Source: Chiloscyllium plagiosum (lineage: Eukaryota). Taken from it: a DNA stretch of 51,065 nt. Where the stretch lies: the NCBI RefSeq assembly GCF_004010195.1, contig NC_057754.1:12952770-13003834 (forward strand), given 5' to 3'. The first letter of the stretch is position 1; each line of letters begins with the position of its first letter. The translations under genes and the position numbers were made by a program. Shown piece after piece: positions 1-12,090 of the stretch. The notes under the pieces were generated by a model. It was given only the letters and a program-made list of their open reading frames with translations. It made no database searches and was not told the origin of the DNA.

Positions 1-348
1 AACAACTCTGTTCGTTCTAACTTTGAGCTTCCAACCTAGCTCCCTGAAAGCCTGTCTAACATCCTCGGCACTCCTCCTACCTTTGTCTTTGGTGCCAATG
101 TGGACCACGACTTCGGGTTGCTCCCCCTCCCCCTCCCGGACCCGGAAAACACGATCAGAGACATTACGTACCCTTGCACCTGGGAGGCAACATACCAAAC
201 GTGAGTCTCTCTCGTTCCCACAAAACCTCCTATCTGTGCCCCGAACTATCGAGTCCCCAATTACTATTGCTCTGCTCTTCTTCACCCTTCCCTTCTGAGT
301 AACGGGGATAGGCTCCGTGCCAGAGACCTGAGCCCCGTTACTTACCCC
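1..348 (-). mobile_element. Young 5'-truncated CR1 LINE, ORF1 SGNH-esterase domain (runs off the left edge)
   Basis: The minus strand is open for 116 codons: GVSNGAQVSGTEPIPVTQKGRVKKSRAIVIGDSIVRGTDRRFCG...VCCLPGARV...PEVVVHIGTKD...FRELGWKLKVRTNRVV. The GDS, C.PGA and H.GT.D blocks are typical of the CR1 ORF1 esterase. Confidence 0.9.
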
Positions 349-925
349 TACAGCATTATCTCATGGTTCTGAAACTCAATCCCTGTACCAATAAAAGGTC
401 ACATGCTGAGTGCCTTCTTAACAACCCTATCAAACTGGGTGGCAACTTTGAAGGATCTATGTCCATGGACACAGTGATCTCTCTGCTCATCTGCACTACC
501 AAGTTCTGCTTTACCCACATCCATCTGTTTGGTCACCTCAAAGAAGTCAATAAGATTTGTGAGGCATGACCTACCTTTCACAAAACCGTGCTGACTATCC
601 CTCATCACCTTATTCATCTCCAGATGATTATAAATGCTAGCTTTTACATGCCTTTCCAACACTTTACCCAGAATCAAAGTAAGGCTCACCGGTCTATAAT
701 TACCAAGGTTGTGTCTATTCCCTTTCTTGGACAAGGGGACAACAATTGCTGTCCTCCAGCCTTCTGGCACTATTCCTGCAGACAATGACGACATAAAGAT
801 CAAAGCCAAAGACTCGGCAATCTCCTTTCTGGCTTCCCAGAGAAGCCAAGGATAAACCCCGTCTGGCCCAGTAGATTACCGATTTTTACACTTTCCAGAA
901 TTGCTAACACCTTCTCCTTCTGCAG
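349..925 (-). mobile_element. Decayed CR1 ORF2 (RT) fragment with an internal deletion
   Basis: ORF 399..809 reads VPEGWRTAIVVPL.KKG...GNYRPVSLT...SQHGFVKGRSCLTNL, fused by deletion to the EQRD..VH C-terminal region. Confidence 0.9.
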
Positions 926-3110
926 TTCAATCCCATCTAGTTATGGACTCCACTACCCTGGAGTAAAGACGTTGGATAATTAACTTACCTGCATCCCTCA
1001 TGGTTTTCACAACCTTTATAAGGACACCACTCAGCCACCTACGCCCAATCGAAATACGAAGAACAATGATGTAAATATTTCTGCTCATGTTCCTGCCACT
1101 ACTTTGCCACAATGTTCTGGGAATCACTTGTTCAGGACCGAGGGCTTTCTCTACCTTTGTGTTCTAAGACCTCCAGCACCACCTCTTCTGTAATGGGGAC
1201 TCTTTACAAGCCATCACTGTTTCTTTCTCTTTGTTTTCTAGTCTTTATCCACAATTTGTTCTGACATGAAATGGTCACTTAGGCCTTTGCCTAAGTGGTT
1301 CCACAATTGGATGGCCTCACTGATCTTTGAGGAGCCCTAATGTCCGTCCAGTTGTTTTTTGTAGTTGTATGCTGTAGAAAATTATGTGCATTCTTCTTAA
1401 CCTTATCTGCCAAATCCATCTCGTCCCCCCATGTTGCTTTCCAGCTTATCTAGCCTCTCCGATTCTGTCAAACCCTCCAGTATCAGTAACATCTACTTCA
1501 ATCTTTGCTCCATTTACCGTTTCACGAAATGCTTCCTAAATCAGGATGATCAGAATTCTGTGCAATACTCCAAAGCTGTGCTGACTATCCCTAATCAATC
1601 CTTGCCGTTGCAATTACATGTAACTCCTGTCCCGCAGAATCGCTCCCAACAATGTAGGCACCACTGACATCAAGCTAATTGGTGTTTATCTCCCTGGCTT
1701 TCCCTCTCAGCCTTTCCTAAACATTGGCACAACATTAGCCACCCTCCAGGTAACCTGCACATCATCCGTGGCTGTCAGTGATAGAAAAATCTCTTTATGG
1801 GACCCACAATTTCTTTCTGAGCTTCCCACAAAGTACTTGATTAGTTCCCATGGACCTATCTCCCTTATATGTATTTAAAAACCTCCAGTACCTCCTGTCA
1901 TGTGGAGTCTTGTGAAGACATCACTCTTTATTTCCCTGACATTCCCTGTCTTTCAACACAGTAATTTCAAACATGATATTTTCGTTTAGGATCTCACCCA
2001 TCTCCTATGGTTCCACACTTGGATTGCCCCATTCATCTTCAAGGAACCATACTGTGCCCCTAGTTAATCTTCTATTGTTAATATACTTGTCGAATCTCTT
2101 TGGATTTTCCTCAGCTTGATCTGCCAACGCTTTTTGTGGTCCCCTTTGTGCCCTCCTGATTTCCCTCTTAAGTGAATTACTCCACCCACAAAGTTCTTCA
2201 ATGGATTCCCTTAATCCAGCTGGCTATATGTGACACGTGTCCACTTTTTGTTGACCAGAACCTCAATACCCCCAGTCATCCAGTGTTTCCTACTTGTGTC
2301 AGCATTGTCATTCACACTACCAGGAATATGCTGCCTCTGAACTCTCACTTTAACTCCCTTTTGAAATCTTCCCACCTGCCTGACGTCCCTTTACCTGCAA
2401 ATAGCCTCCACAACCAATTGTTAAATGCTCTTGACTAATACCATCTGGATTGAGGAAAGGCCAGTTTTGATCTTTAACTTGTGCACCAGGTTTGCCCTTT
2501 TCTATGGCTATTTTCAAACTAATACGATTGTGATCACTTTGCCAAAGTGTTGCCCCACTAGCAACTCAGTCCCTTTCCCTAATTTGTTTCCCAAGGCGAG
2601 GTCAGGTTTTACCTCTTCCTGCAGTCCGACCATTTACATTTTAACTGGGACAGTTTTCTTGTACATGCCGAACAAGTTCCTCCCAACCAAGCTCTGAACA
2701 CTCTCGCAGTCCGAGTCTACGTTTGGAAAGTTAAAATTCCTGACCATTACAGCCCTATCATTCTTGCAGGTATCTAAGATATCCCATCATATTTGCTGCT
2801 CAAATTCCCGCTGAAATGTTAGGGGCCTGTACTACAGTTATATCAAACTGATGTCCCATTCTCATTTCTCAGTTGCACTATTATAGCTTCACTTGGCGAT
2901 CCCCAGGAATTACTGTCTAATTACTGCTTTAATGTTTTCACTGATCAGAACCTCCAATACCCCTCCTCTCTCACCTCCTGTTCTATCCTCAACCTTCGGA
3001 CTGTAGCCTGAGACCATCCCCCTCACTGTTGACAACACCCTCACCTTTCATGTCATCTGCAAACCTACTAATGATACCTTGTGCTTTCACATCGAGTTAT
3101 TAATGTACAT
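926..3110 (-). mobile_element. Mosaic of decayed CR1 ORF2 fragments (endonuclease, tether and 3' pieces)
   Basis: Minus-strand CR1-like remnants such as 'ggaattttaactttccaaacgtagactcgg' (GDFNFP.IDW-like) near 2710-2740. The block is collinear, inverted, with 14800-17050 and 24390-25640. Confidence 0.75.
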
Positions 3111-3472
3111 AATATTTTTCAAAATAATGAGAGGAATACATAGAGTCAATAGCCAGAGACTTTTTCCCCAGGGCAGGATTGACTGGTACGAGAAGTCAAA
3201 GTTTGAGGATATTAGGAGGAAGGTATAAAGGAGAAATCAGAGGTAGGTTCTTTACACAGAGAGTTGTGAATGCGTGGATTGCATTGCCAGCTTTGGTGGT
3301 GGAAGCGAAGTCATTGGGGATATTTAAGCGACTGCTGGACATGCACATGGATAGCAGTGATTTGAGGGGTTCGTAGGTTAAGTTACTATATTTTACATTA
3401 GGATTAAGTTTTGGCACAACATCATGGGCCTATGGGCCTGCACTATGCTGTACATTTCTATGTTCTATTTTG
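3111..3472 (+). mobile_element. CR1 3' end with tail
   Basis: ORF 3179..3376 contains RGRFFTQRVVNAW..LP..VVEA.SL..FKRLLD.HM, followed by a 3'UTR ending 'ttctatgttcta'. Confidence 0.9.
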
Positions 3473-3990
3473 TATAATAAACAGCAATGGTTGCTGTGAG
3501 ACACCCGCTGGTGAGAGAATTTCAAACACAAAACCAACCCTCCACCGTTGTGGATCCATTTTGCCAAATGGCCTTGGAGCCCATTGGTCTGCTGGACCAG
3601 CCTTCCATGAAGCATCTTTTCAAATACTTTAATGAACTCTATGTGACCCACATCTTCTGCACTGCCCTCATCAAAATCCTCAATCGGAATTTCAAACAGA
3701 AGTCTCAGCTGAATTTGGGAGAGGATCTTACTCTATCAAATACGTGATGAATGTCCCTAATCAATCTCTGTCTTTCCAAATGTTGATTCATTCTGTCTCT
3801 CAGAATTGTGTCCGATAATTTCCCTCCCATTGCTGTCAGACTATCTGCTCTGTAATCACTTGGCTTATCCCTGCTGCACTTCCTGAACAAAGGAACCACA
3901 TTAGCTGTCCTACAGTCATTCAACACTTCACCCATGGCAAGCAAAGTATTAAATATATCCACCAGGGCCACAACAATCTCCTCCCTTACC
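3473..3990 (-). mobile_element. CR1 RT fragment
   Basis: ORF 3705..3971 contains GEV..D.R.ANVVPLFRK...DKP..YR. Confidence 0.85.
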
Positions 3991-5440
3991 TGAACAAGGG
4001 GAGCAGGTTTGACTTGAATCAGAGGGGCACCAGTATCCCTGGGGGGAGACTTGCGTTTCTTACCCCGGAGGGTTTAAACTAGTTTGGCAGGGGTTTGGAC
4101 TCTGAGTAAGAGAGGTATCATTGACCAGTGAATGGAAAATATATCAGCCATCGAGAGCAAGTTTCCTATTCAGGATATCCAGGGGCACAGTCAAGGGAGA
4201 GAAAATACTTCTGGTTTAAAGTTCATTTATTTCAATGCACGAGGCCTGACTGGTAAGGCAGACGAGCTCAGAACATGGATTGGCTCTGCGGATTGGGATA
4301 TTATAGCCAGAACAGAAACATGGCTGAGACAAGGGCAGGACTGGCAGTTCAGTGTTCCAGGATACAGAAGTTACAGGCATGACAGAAGGACAAGTAAGTG
4401 AGGAGGGGGAGTTGTCCTTTTGATATGGGAGGACATAACAACAGTGCTTAGAGAGAATACTCTTTTGGGTGATCAATGAGGTCATATGGTTAGAAGTCAG
4501 AAACGAAATGGGGATGGTCATTCTGCTGGGATGGTGTTCTGGACCCCCCAATAGCCAGCGAGTACGAGAGGAGTAAATGTGAAGAGAGATTGCAGGTACC
4601 TATAGAAATAATAGAATAGTATTGGGTGGAGATTTTAACTTCCCCTGAATTGACTGGACCACACACAGTGTAAAAGTCCTGTATGGGGTGGAATTTTTCA
4701 AATGTGTACAAGAAAGTTTCCGAGATCAATATATAGAGGGTCCCACTCTACTCAGGCGGGTGCAACACTGGACCTCCCCTCAGAAAACGAGGTGAGGCAA
4801 GTGACTGAAGTGTCAGTCAGAGAGCACTTTGGGTCCAATGACCACACTGTCTTCGTTTTAACATTGTTACTGAAAAAGACCAGACAGGTCCACAGATTAA
4901 GGTGCGAAACTGGAGCAGGGTCAGTTGTGGGCTAATTTGCAGGATCACGCAGATGTCGATTGGGTGAATTAAGAATCACACAACACCAGGTTATTGTCCA
5001 ACAGGTTTATTTCGAAGCATTAGCTTTCGAAGCGCAGTAGATCATCTTAAAATATGAAAACTTAAAGTAAATTTGTTTGATATTATACTCCATGACATTG
5101 TTATCCTGTTGCTATAAAATTTGTGTTTATGATTGTGCTCCACAACCACCTGATGAAGGAGCAGCGCTCTAGTGCTTCCAAATAAACCTGCTGGACTGTA
5201 AGCTGGTGTTGTGTGATTTTTAACATTGCCCATCCCAGTCCAACATCTGCTCCTCCACATCATGCTCCCATCAACTGGGTGAGTGTGTTTGAAGGAAAAG
5301 GAATGAATGGCAAATGGAAGACTTTAAAAGTGTCATCTCAAGAATCTAATATGTCCCTGTTAGGGTGAAGGAAAAGCTGGCAGGTTTCAGGATCCCTGAC
5401 TAATGAGACGTGTTGGGCCTCTGTTCAAGAAAAAGAAGGC
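3991..5440 (+). mobile_element. CR1 ORF1 end plus ORF2 endonuclease (decayed), interrupted by a PLE derivative
   Basis: ORF 4132..4401 contains IYFNARGLTGKADELRTWI...WDIIA.TETWL..GQDWQFSVPGYR. Further downstream are GATLDL and EHFGSNDH. Confidence 0.9.
4968..5268. mobile_element. Short fold-back Penelope-derived element (same terminal family as 36391-38198)
   Basis: The arm aatcacacaacaccaggttattgtccaacaggtttatt (about 4974-5011) is inverted at about 5181-5219. A ctgatgaaggagcagcgctc hammerhead-like remnant lies at about 5150. The flanks tcgattgggtga and tcaactgggtga form an imperfect TSD. Confidence 0.8.
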
Positions 5441-5487
5441 GGCACACATTGTCTTCAATGTTTCCATATTTACGCAATCTCTTCCAG

Positions 5488-5798
5488 TCCTAAAGACATG
5501 ATCACTCGGTGGAGACCTGACAATCCTCTCAGGCCCCTGCAGCAATTTTGATCTACAGAACCCACTGAAAGCCTGTGACTCTCCTGATCCAGTTCCAAAA
5601 AGACTCACTATCTGTGTTATATCATCCCTTTGATAACACCCACCCTATCAATGTAAGCTCCTCCTGTATTTCCATCCATTTACTCATGTCTATAACCAAC
5701 TCCAGCTCTTACGCTCCTATCTGTGGAAACGTCACCACCCCCCCCCCCCCACCACCCGCAACCCTTCTCACTTTGACCAAACTGGAGGAGGTTACTAA
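5488..5798 (+). pseudogene. Candidate decayed exons Z (5488-5652) and W (5776-5798) of an unidentified Cys/Pro-rich gene, copy A
   Basis: Acceptor ctcttccag| at 5487 and donor |gtaagc at 5653. With one frameshift it reads PKDMITRWRPDNPLRPLQQFDLQNPLKACDSPDPVPKRLTICVISSL**HPPYQ / QTGGGY*. It is codon-alignable to 12968-13272. The W acceptor is mutated (ttg). Confidence 0.45.
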
Positions 5799-6345
5799 TG
5801 CTTCTTTATCTGTGAAACTATCTCGAACCAAAATTACTGCCCTTCAGGAAAATCTGTCAGACTCCACACCCTCCATATCGAAATAATCTGCAGAGGCTAA
5901 CCTTCCTATATATAAACATCTTCAGTCACGACTACCCTCCATATCTCTGTTTGGTCCTCCAGTCTGTACAACCCACTTTGTCACTGTCATCTGCTCCATT
6001 CACTGAAAGCCCGCCCTGCTTGTGTAACTCACCCTATCATATCAATATGCTTATCCCTGTTAACTGCTCCAACACTCCGAACCTCTCCATCTTCATGAAC
6101 ACGTGTAGGCCCTACATCTCTCCACATTTCTGTAACCTCCTGTTTCTCTGTAGTCCTCCCTCCTGGTGAAACCACCTCCAGTCCCCACAACCCTCCCAAT
6201 CTGGGTCGTCTGCTCCAGATCAGACTATTGCTGTCTCTGTTATCTCCGACAATGCGAGCAAACCCTTCCTATTTGTGTCTCTTCATTCAGATCCTATCCT
6301 CTCCAGCTTTCCAAAACCTCTTCTTCCCATTGTAACCCTCCCTAT

Positions 6346-7465
6346 TTAGAACATGGAACAGTACAGGCACTTCAGCCCTCAATGTTGTGCCAATCTTTTT
6401 TCCTACTCTAAGATCAATCTAACCTGCAGACCATTCAAAGAACAAAGGAAATCACAGCACAGGAACAGGCTCTTCAACCCTCCAACCTGCGCCGATCCAG
6501 ATCCTCTGTCTAAACCCCTCACCTATTTTCTGAGGATCTCTATCCCTTTGTTCCCTGCCCATTCATACATCTGTCTTGATACATCTTAACTGACGTTATC
6601 ATTCCGGCCTGTACCTCCTCCGCTGGCAACGTGTTCCAGGTCCCCATCACCCTCTGGGTAAGGACCTTTCCACATATAATTGCCCTAAACCTTCCCCCTC
6701 TCACTTTGAACTCGACTCCTAGCAATTAAGTCCCGCAGTCTGGGAAAATATGCTTCTTGCTATCCTCCCTGTCTATACATCCCACGATTTTGCAGGCCTC
6801 AATCAGGTCTCCAGTTAACCTTCCTCTTTATAATGAAAGTAATCCGAATCTATTCAATCTCTCCTTATTGTTAGCGCCCTCAATACCAGGCAACATCCTG
6901 GTGAACCTCCTCTGCACCCTCTCCAAAGCATGCACATCCTTCTGGTAATGTGACGACCAGAACTGTCCATAATATTCTAAATGTGGCCGAACCAAAGTCC
7001 AATACAACTGTAACATGACCTGCCAACTCTTGTACTTAATGCCCCATCCAATGAAGGAAAGCATGCCGTATGCCGCCTTGACCACTTTACTGACCTGCGT
7101 TGCCACCTTCAGTGAACAATGAACCTGAATACCCAGATCTCTCTGAACATGAGTTTTCCCCAGGACTTTTCCATTTACTATATGAATTAACTTTTGAATT
7201 GGATCTTCCGAAATGCATCACCTCGCATTTGCCCGGATTGAACTCCATCTGCCATTCCTCTGCCCGCCTCTCCAATCTATCTGTATTTTGCTGTATTAAC
7301 TGACAGTCTGCTACTGTATGCTACTCCACCAATCTTAGTGTCGTCTGCAAACTTGCTAATCAAGAAACCGATATCTTCCTCCAAATCATTGATATGTATC
7401 ACAAGCAACAGTGGTCCCAGAATGTATCATTATGGAACACCTCTGGTCACAGGTCTCCATTTTGA
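6346..7465 (-). mobile_element. CR1 3' portion (RT C-terminus to tail), with a second short 3' tail at 6346-6430
   Basis: ORFs 6828..7106 (QLY.TLVRPHLEY..QFWS.HYQKDV.ALERVQRRFTRMLPG) and 7087..7275 (WQMEFNPGKCEVMHFGRSN). Confidence 0.92.
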
Positions 7466-7479
7466 TAAATTAATTTTGC

Positions 7480-8090
7480 TATCATTCATGTGCCTATCCA
7501 AAAGTTACTTAAATGTCTTAATGTATTTGACTCTACCAACAACACTGGCAATACATTCCACTCACACACCACACTCTGTGTAAAGAAGCTATCTCTGACA
7601 TCTCCCTTCAACCTTCCTCCAATTACCTTACAATTGTAGCCATTTTCGCAATGGGAGAAATCTCAGGTCTCCCACTCTATGTCTGCCTCTCATCATCTCG
7701 TACACCTCTATCAAGTAACTTCTCATCCTTTTTCATTCCAAACAGCAAAGCCCTGGCACCCTCAACCTTTCTCCCATAGTCCTCCCCTCCAGTCCAGACA
7801 GAATCCTGATAAATCTCCTCTGAACCCTCTCCAAAGCTTCCACATCTTTCCTGTAATGAGGCAACCAAAACTGAACACAATATTCCAATTGTGGTCTAAG
7901 TACAGGCCGTATTGAGCTGCAACATAACCTCACGGCTCTTAAACTCAATCACCTGCCAACGAACGCCGACACATCATTGGCTTTCTTAACAACCCGAAAA
8001 ACTTGGCTGTCAACTTTGAAGGATCTCTGGACGTTGACTGCAAGATTTTTCTGTTACTCCTCACTGTAAAGAATCCTGCATTAGCTCAGT
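7480..8090 (-). mobile_element. CR1 3' fragment
   Basis: ORF 7733..7948 contains RPQLEYCVQFWLPHYRKDVEALERVQRRF. Confidence 0.9.
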
Positions 8091-8219
8091 ATTCTGTTGG
8101 CTCAGGATCTGGAGTAGCTGCAAGACCGAGAGGCGCTGACAGAGGCAGCAATTAGACCCTCACAGTGAGGGATATCACATGGAGAGATACTGAGTGATAT
8201 CAGCAGAGTGCAGGAAGAT

Positions 8220-9870
8220 TTCATAATGAAACAATTATGTAGGAAGAACAGGTTTAGGTTCCTGATGCACTGGTGTCAGTGTTCAGGAATGAGCAACCTT
8301 TGAACAGGTGAAGTGATAGCCTAGTGGTATTATTGCTAGAGCATGTATCCCAAACCTCACCCAATGTTCAGAGGAGGCAGGTTTGAATCCCACCATCACA
8401 AGTGGTGGATTTTGCAATTAATTCATGTTTAAAATTGCAATTAACAATCCATTAATAAGTACGAAACCATTGCTGACATCCAAAATAACGTTTGTTCTTC
8501 AAAAAGACACTTGGGGACATTTGCCATCCTCATGTAGTCTGCACGACATCCCCACAGCAAAGTGTTTGCGTCTCAATTACCCTCTGAAATGGGCGAGCAA
8601 GCTACTCAGTTCAACGGCAGCTAGGGCTGGGCAGGAAAGGCTGGTCCGCCAGAGACACCCACATCCCATACCAGGCTTAAAACTTAATCCCTTAGGATGG
8701 TCCCACTGGAACTGTGCTGGGACCAGTGTCTTGGCCAATCATGTCGGTAGGTTTATGGACAGGGCTTTAAACTGACACAGAGGATGCAGGGACAGGGATC
8801 AGGTGAAAGGAGCTTTCAAAATCCAAACAGAAAATGTGAAGAATTGGAACAACATGGGGATGTGGCTGAAGACAAGCAGAAAGGAACAGGAAGGGACAGA
8901 GTTTTACAAAAACTGCACATCAGTGAAAACGTTTGTGACAGGAAATTGTAGGAAACAGTGTATTTTTTTTTTGGAATGGACAAAGTCTCATCAATAAGGT
9001 AGATGGATTTGTGACACAGAGATAAAAGAGATTTAGACACCAGAGAGACGTGGTTAAAGGGTGAACAAAAAATGGAACATAAATATTCAATGATTCACAC
9101 CCATTTGCAAACTCTGGCGAAATGGGTAACGCTAACAATAATGGTTAACAAAGGCATTACAGAGAAAGCATTCGGCCTCAAATCATGAAGTAGAGTCTGT
9201 CTGAATGTAATTTCTGGCTACTAATTGCCAAGGACACAAGCAGCAGAACAGTTTTAGGCCAGCAAACAACATTTCATTGCTCATCACTGTATTAAACAGG
9301 AATCCATTGGAATTTTAAATAAATGCATTGTGATAATTCAGTGAAACTTCAATATTCGCATAACCGGGACAATCACACAGAAAACAGTAATATTGAAAGA
9401 GGAGTTCGGAGAATTTTTTTCAGTGTTTCTTTGAATAACACATTGTGCAACTAGCTGGGGACGTCACTACTTCAGAGCGACCGTTTTGTGATGAAACTCA
9501 GTGAATGAGTAATGTCACCTGGAGAGATCCTCTGGGAAATTGTGATAAAGTGCAGTTTAAAGGAATATAAAGTTTTAAAGTGAATCACAGAAAGGACAAG
9601 TTATAACTAGAAACAACAGTAGCCAATTGCATGAGTTTGACCAAGGTAAACAGGCTAAACATACTGAAACATGTATCTGTAAATGAACAGTGGAAAACAT
9701 TTGAAGGAACAGTGTAAAACACTCAACAAAATGACATTCCATTGAAACAAACTGAACCTCAACATGAAATTCCTACCCGTCCCTCACTCAGGACAAAATC
9801 GATTATATTAGATTATGAGGCTGAGAAGATCACCAAAAAGTACTTAAAATCCTGAAGTGGGAGAGTGTTT
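8220..9870 (+). mobile_element. Ancient CR1 (ORF1 C-terminus plus endonuclease), repeated in each unit copy
   Basis: ...NCAGTSVLANHVGRFMDRALN* (ORF1 end at 8775), then NGQSLINKVDGFVTQ, ETWLKGEQ and IVII..NFNI.I endonuclease remnants. Paralogs lie at about 18215-19800, 27860-29570 and 41535-43120. Confidence 0.75.
8312..8668 (+). mobile_element. tRNA-headed SINE, DeuSINE/SacSINE1-like, inserted in the ancient CR1
   Basis: A-box 'tagcctagtgg', B-box 'ggtttgaatccc', core 'cccacagcaaagtg...ccctctgaaatgg.c.agcaagctactcagttca' and tail '...cacccacatccca'. Copies lie at about 18285-18645, 27938-28345 and 41620-41960. Confidence 0.75.
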
Positions 9871-10096
9871 TAGAAGTAAGACTTAAAGGGATTGCAAAGG
9901 GTCTGCTAGCAGAGGAGGGCAGTTGGCAGGGGAATCCCTGTCAGGGTTTAATGAACGACAGGAACAGGGAGAGGTGAAGGTGCTGGAGGTGGTGAGAGTG
10001 TTACAGAGAGTGGTCAGGGACTGAACGGTGTTACAAAGCCAGTACGAATTGCTGCAGCTGGAGGGGTTTGCAGAGGTAGGGAGGAACATATGTAGT

Positions 10097-10312
10097 TTTA
10101 TTTATTTATTCATGAGATGTGGTTGTCACTGCCAGGACTAGCATTGTTTGACCCCACTGCTAATTACCCAGAGGGCAGCTCAGAGTTAGCCATATTGCTG
10201 TGGGTCTGGAGTCACATATAGGCCAGACCAGGTTAAAATATTTGATGTCCTTCCCTAAAACAGGTAGGTGAACCAGATGAGTTCTTCCTATTGATCAGCA
10301 ATGCTTTTATGG
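10097..10312 (-). mobile_element. 3' half of the same SINE family, reverse orientation
   Basis: 'catattgctgtgggtctggagtcacatataggccagacc' and the tttattca tail. Paralogs lie at about 29803-30010 and 43338-43553. Confidence 0.75.
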
Positions 10313-11163
10313 TCGCCTCACCAATATCTTGTACAGATACAACATGATATCCCAACATTTACTCCCAATGCTCTGCCTAATGAAGGTAAGCATCCCAAAC
10401 GCCAGCCTGTCTGCCTGTGACGCAAATTTCAGAGAACTGCGTACCTGCATCCCTTTGTCTCTGACTGACAACACTACCCAGGACCCGAACATTAACTGTA
10501 GACGACCCACCCTGGTTTGTTTCACCAAAATGGAACACTTCACATTTATCTAATTAACTTCATCTGCTATTCTTCAGCCCACTATCCCAGCAGTACTGTT
10601 CGTCCTGTTGTATCATAGATAACGTTCTTCACTGCCCACTTTAACACCAATGTCAGTGTTACCCAAAACCTTACTTACCAGGAAACCAATATTCCCATCG
10701 AAACTATTTATCCAAATGCCAAACAACAGTGGACCAACTACACCGCTGGTCACATGCCTCCAGTCAGAAAAACAACATGTCTCCCATCACCCTCTGTCTC
10801 CTACCATCAAGCCAATTTTGTATCCAGTTGACTAGCTCCTCCTGAATGCCATGTCCTTTTATACTGATTTGACCTTATTACCCAGTTTACCATACAGAAC
10901 GTAGAACAAAGAACAGTACAGCACAAGACCCTTCGGCCATGATGCCATGCCAACCTTTTATCCGACTGTAAGATCAAACTAATCTACATACCCGTCATTT
11001 TACTATCATTCATGTGCCTATCCAAGAGTCTATTAAATGTTCCGAAAGTATCTAATTTCACTACCACCGTTGTCAGTACATTCCAACCACCTTCCAACCA
11101 TTCTCTATCCTTTTATCCATCCTCCATTGACCTAAAAATTATACCCCCTTGTAACAGCTATTT

Positions 11164-11832
11164 AGAGTCATCAAGTCATAGAGATGTACAGCATGGAAAC
11201 AGACCCTTCGGTCCAACACGTCCATGCCGACCAGATATCCCAACCCAATCTAGTCCCACCCGCCTGCACCCGGCCCATATCCCTCCAAACCTTTCCTATT
11301 CATATATCCATCCAAATGCCTCTTAAATGTTACAATTGTACAGCCTCCAACACATCCTCTGGCAGCTCATTCCATACACGTACCACCCTCTGCGTGAAAA
11401 TGTTGCCCCTTAGGTCTCTTTTATATCTTTCCCCTCTCACCCTAAACCTATGCCCTCTAGTTATGGATTCCCCAATCCCAGGGAAAAGACTTTGCCTATT
11501 TATCCTATCCATGCCCCTCATAATTTTGTAAACCTCTATAAGGTCACCCCTCAGCCTCCGACGCTCCAGGGAAAACAGCCCCAGCCTGTTAAGCCACTCC
11601 CTGTAGCTCAGATCCTCCAACTCTGGCAACATCCTTGTAAATCTTTTTCTGAATTCTTTCAAGTTTCACAACATCTTTCCGATAGAAAGGAGGCCAGAAT
11701 TGCACGCAATATTCCAACAGTGGCCAAACCAATGTCCTGTACAGCCGCAACATTACCTCCCAACTCCTGTACTCAATACTCTGACCAATAAAGGAAAGCA
11801 TACCAAACGCCTTCTTCACTATCCTATCTACC
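11164..11832 (-). mobile_element. Young CR1 (HER1-like) 3' fragment
   Basis: ORFs 11330..11662 (LNRLGLFSLERRRLRGDLIEVYKIMRG.DR...FTQRVVRVWNELP) and 11589..11819. The 3'UTR shares 'gaaacag.cccttcgg.ccaac' with HE1 SINE tails. It is absent at the paralogous sites near 21115 and 44400. Confidence 0.92.
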
Positions 11833-12090
11833 TACTGCCATTTATGCCATAGGATAAAAAGTCTCTCACTATTCACTCTCTCTGTGCCTCATCATCTTGT
11901 TCACCACTACCAAGTCGCCCCGCCCCCTTCTTCACTCCAATGCGAAAAGCCTTAGCTCCCTCAAACCTTCTTCATACGAAATGCCCTCCATTCCAGGCAG
12001 CATCCTGGTAAATCTCCTGTGTACGCTCTCTAAAACTTGCACATCCGTCCTGTAAAGAGGGGACCAGAACTGAACACAATATTCCAAGTG

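Larger units (their letters stand above)
8091..11160. repeat. Segmental unit copy 1 (left-truncated)
   Basis: Collinear with 18080-21110, 27730-30690 and 41400-44400, with the same order of exon-X remnant, ancient CR1, SINE, reverse SINE and reverse CR1. Confidence 0.9.

Noticed and set aside
5950..6345. Pyrimidine-rich ORFs; similar purine-rich tracts at about 9880-10090 and paralogs
   Set aside because: Low-complexity 'tgtaacctcc' / 'ggaggttacag' motifs resemble decayed L2-type tails. No splice or codon signal was seen.
8161..8200. CACAGTG heptamers (also at about 27799, 41471 and minus-strand 17783) as V(D)J recombination signals
   Set aside because: No ACAAAAACC-like nonamer at 12/23 spacing and no V, D or J coding segments. 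The heptamers lie in the duplicated intron sequence.
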